Assembly (NCBI GenBank): GCA_045654585.1
Contig: JAZONS010000005.1
Span: 42,399 to 106,398, forward strand
DNA: 64,000 nt
Reading direction: 5' to 3'
Source: Eubacteriales bacterium
GTDB lineage: Bacteria; Bacillota; Clostridia; Oscillospirales; CAG-272
In this document: positions 63,338-64,000 of the stretch, one piece after another
How the letters are laid out: every line of letters starts with the position of its first letter
Position numbering within the stretch: position 1 is the first letter of the stretch
Program-made: the position numbers and the translations under genes
The notes under the pieces: model-generated
Told to the model about the DNA's origin: nothing
Seen by the model: the letters and a program-made list of their open reading frames with translations, nothing else
Database searches by the model: none

Positions 63338-63800
63338 TTGGCAGACCTCTCACGATGCCCTGGAGCTCTCCGTCGTACCATACGAAAACGGTGTAATGCG
63401 TTTTAGGTGAGGGTAGAAAGTCCTCGTCGGCAACTCCGTCACCCGTAAGGCGCACCTTTCCCGAAAACTCGAGCTCCGTGGCATCAATGCCAGAGTCGAA
63501 GCTTACCTCCGAATAGTAGTCGTCGTCCATAATATCGGGGAATGAAATAAGGAGAGTGGAGGTATCCCCGAGTCTGTAGCTTCTTCCGTGCTCAAGGGTT
63601 ATGTTTTTTGCGCCCGCATCGGTCACGGCTTCTCCGGTTATCGAAGGAAGCTCGGAGAACCTCTTCTCGCCGTTGCCGACCTTTAATCTGACGCCGCCGC
63701 CCCTCGTCTTAACAATAGCTATCTCTCCGTCGGGAACGACGATATCGTTTCCGCTCCATTCACCCTCGTCCGCGCGAAGGTGTCGAACACTTTTTATCAT
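63330..63800 (-). CDS. Phage tail-fibre N-terminal-domain protein (HylP/Mtd-N-like)
   Basis: ORF track, 156 aa. LRADEGEWSGNDIVVPDGEIAIVKT..GGVRLKVGNGEKRFSELP matches the R.(A)DEW...(d)v.L.eGEI......G..K.GDG...FS.L pattern of phage hyaluronidase/tail-fibre N-termini. Confidence 0.55.
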   Translation of the reverse strand: MIKSVRHLRADEGEWSGNDIVVPDGEIAIVKTRGGGVRLKVGNGEKRFSELPSITGEAVTDAGAKNITLEHGRSYRLGDTSTLLISFPDIMDDDYYSEVSFDSGIDATELEFSGKVRLTGDGVADEDFLPSPKTHYTVFVWYDGELQGIVRGLPNA

Positions 63801-64000
63801 AACCTCACCTCCCCGCTATCGGCAGCTCTCGATGAAGGCGAGGATGCGTCTATTACTTTATCTGCAATATGAGAGAAGCAGATCTCAATATCATCCTCCG
63901 CCATCTCAAGCCGCTCCTTGATACCGTCCATATACTCCTGAAGAGTCACGTCGTCGAACGTGAAATACTCCGCGTACTTACCGCTTATAATATCGGCGAA
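63797..64000 (-). CDS. Hypothetical protein, N-terminus outside window
   Basis: Own translation: ...FADIISGKYAEYFTFDDVTLQEYMDGIKERLEMAEDDIEICFSHIADKVIDASSPSSRAADSGEVRL. TGA overlaps the next ATG (ATGA). Confidence 0.4.
   Translation of the reverse strand, partial: FADIISGKYAEYFTFDDVTLQEYMDGIKERLEMAEDDIEICFSHIADKVIDASSPSSRAADSGEVRL

Overview
64-kb chromosomal segment that looks like an anaerobic Firmicute of the Clostridia. That placement is inferred from gene content, codon bias and sigma-A-type promoters; no database search was possible. I can support about 57 protein genes, one tRNA (Cys-GCA) and one Thr T-box leader. I see no rRNA, CRISPR array, transposase or integrase.

Gene content in order:
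- PlsC-type acyltransferase (cut by the window edge), a ThrE-type exporter pair and MscS.
- A long minus-strand O2/ROS detoxification cluster: rubredoxin, ferritin, desulfoferrodoxin, a four-module flavodiiron protein, a 4Fe-4S protein and D-2-hydroxyacid dehydrogenase, with a divergent Crp/Fnr regulator.
- Three hydrolases, then a Phd-like/Doc toxin-antitoxin pair.
- A 1254-aa surface protein with Listeria-Bacteroides repeats and an LRR domain.
- nrdD, a GH31 enzyme, four MATE exporters and dusB.
- araB with a beta-helix protein.
- An accessory stretch (about 32.3-39.0 kb) ending at tRNA-Cys.
- DUF3737, a clan GH-A hydrolase, AraC, sdaA and T-box-controlled thrS.
- A ROK regulator, an EEP nuclease/phosphatase, a ThyX-fold protein, pth, mfd, an AEC transporter and an MFS transporter.
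- The start of a phage-tail-like operon that runs off the right edge.

Most unusual signals:
1. A 156-nt multi-hairpin module, tandemly duplicated, fills the nrdD leader between an NrdR-box promoter and a terminator.
2. That module shares colinear sequence blocks with a modular intergenic repeat family seen at three or more other loci. One of these is a 2x53 + 3x94-nt array at 57.8-58.2 kb.
3. A 2.9-kb cassette is bracketed by 58-nt direct repeats that copy the 3' end and terminator of the adjacent tRNA-Cys in inverted orientation. It lies next to about 400 nt of hairpin-rich non-coding DNA.
4. A VWA lipoprotein gene is separated from an in-frame LRR module by a single TAG.
5. A ThyX-fold protein lacks the ThyX signature.

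All functional calls rest on motifs I recognise by eye, and all RNA folds are paper folds.
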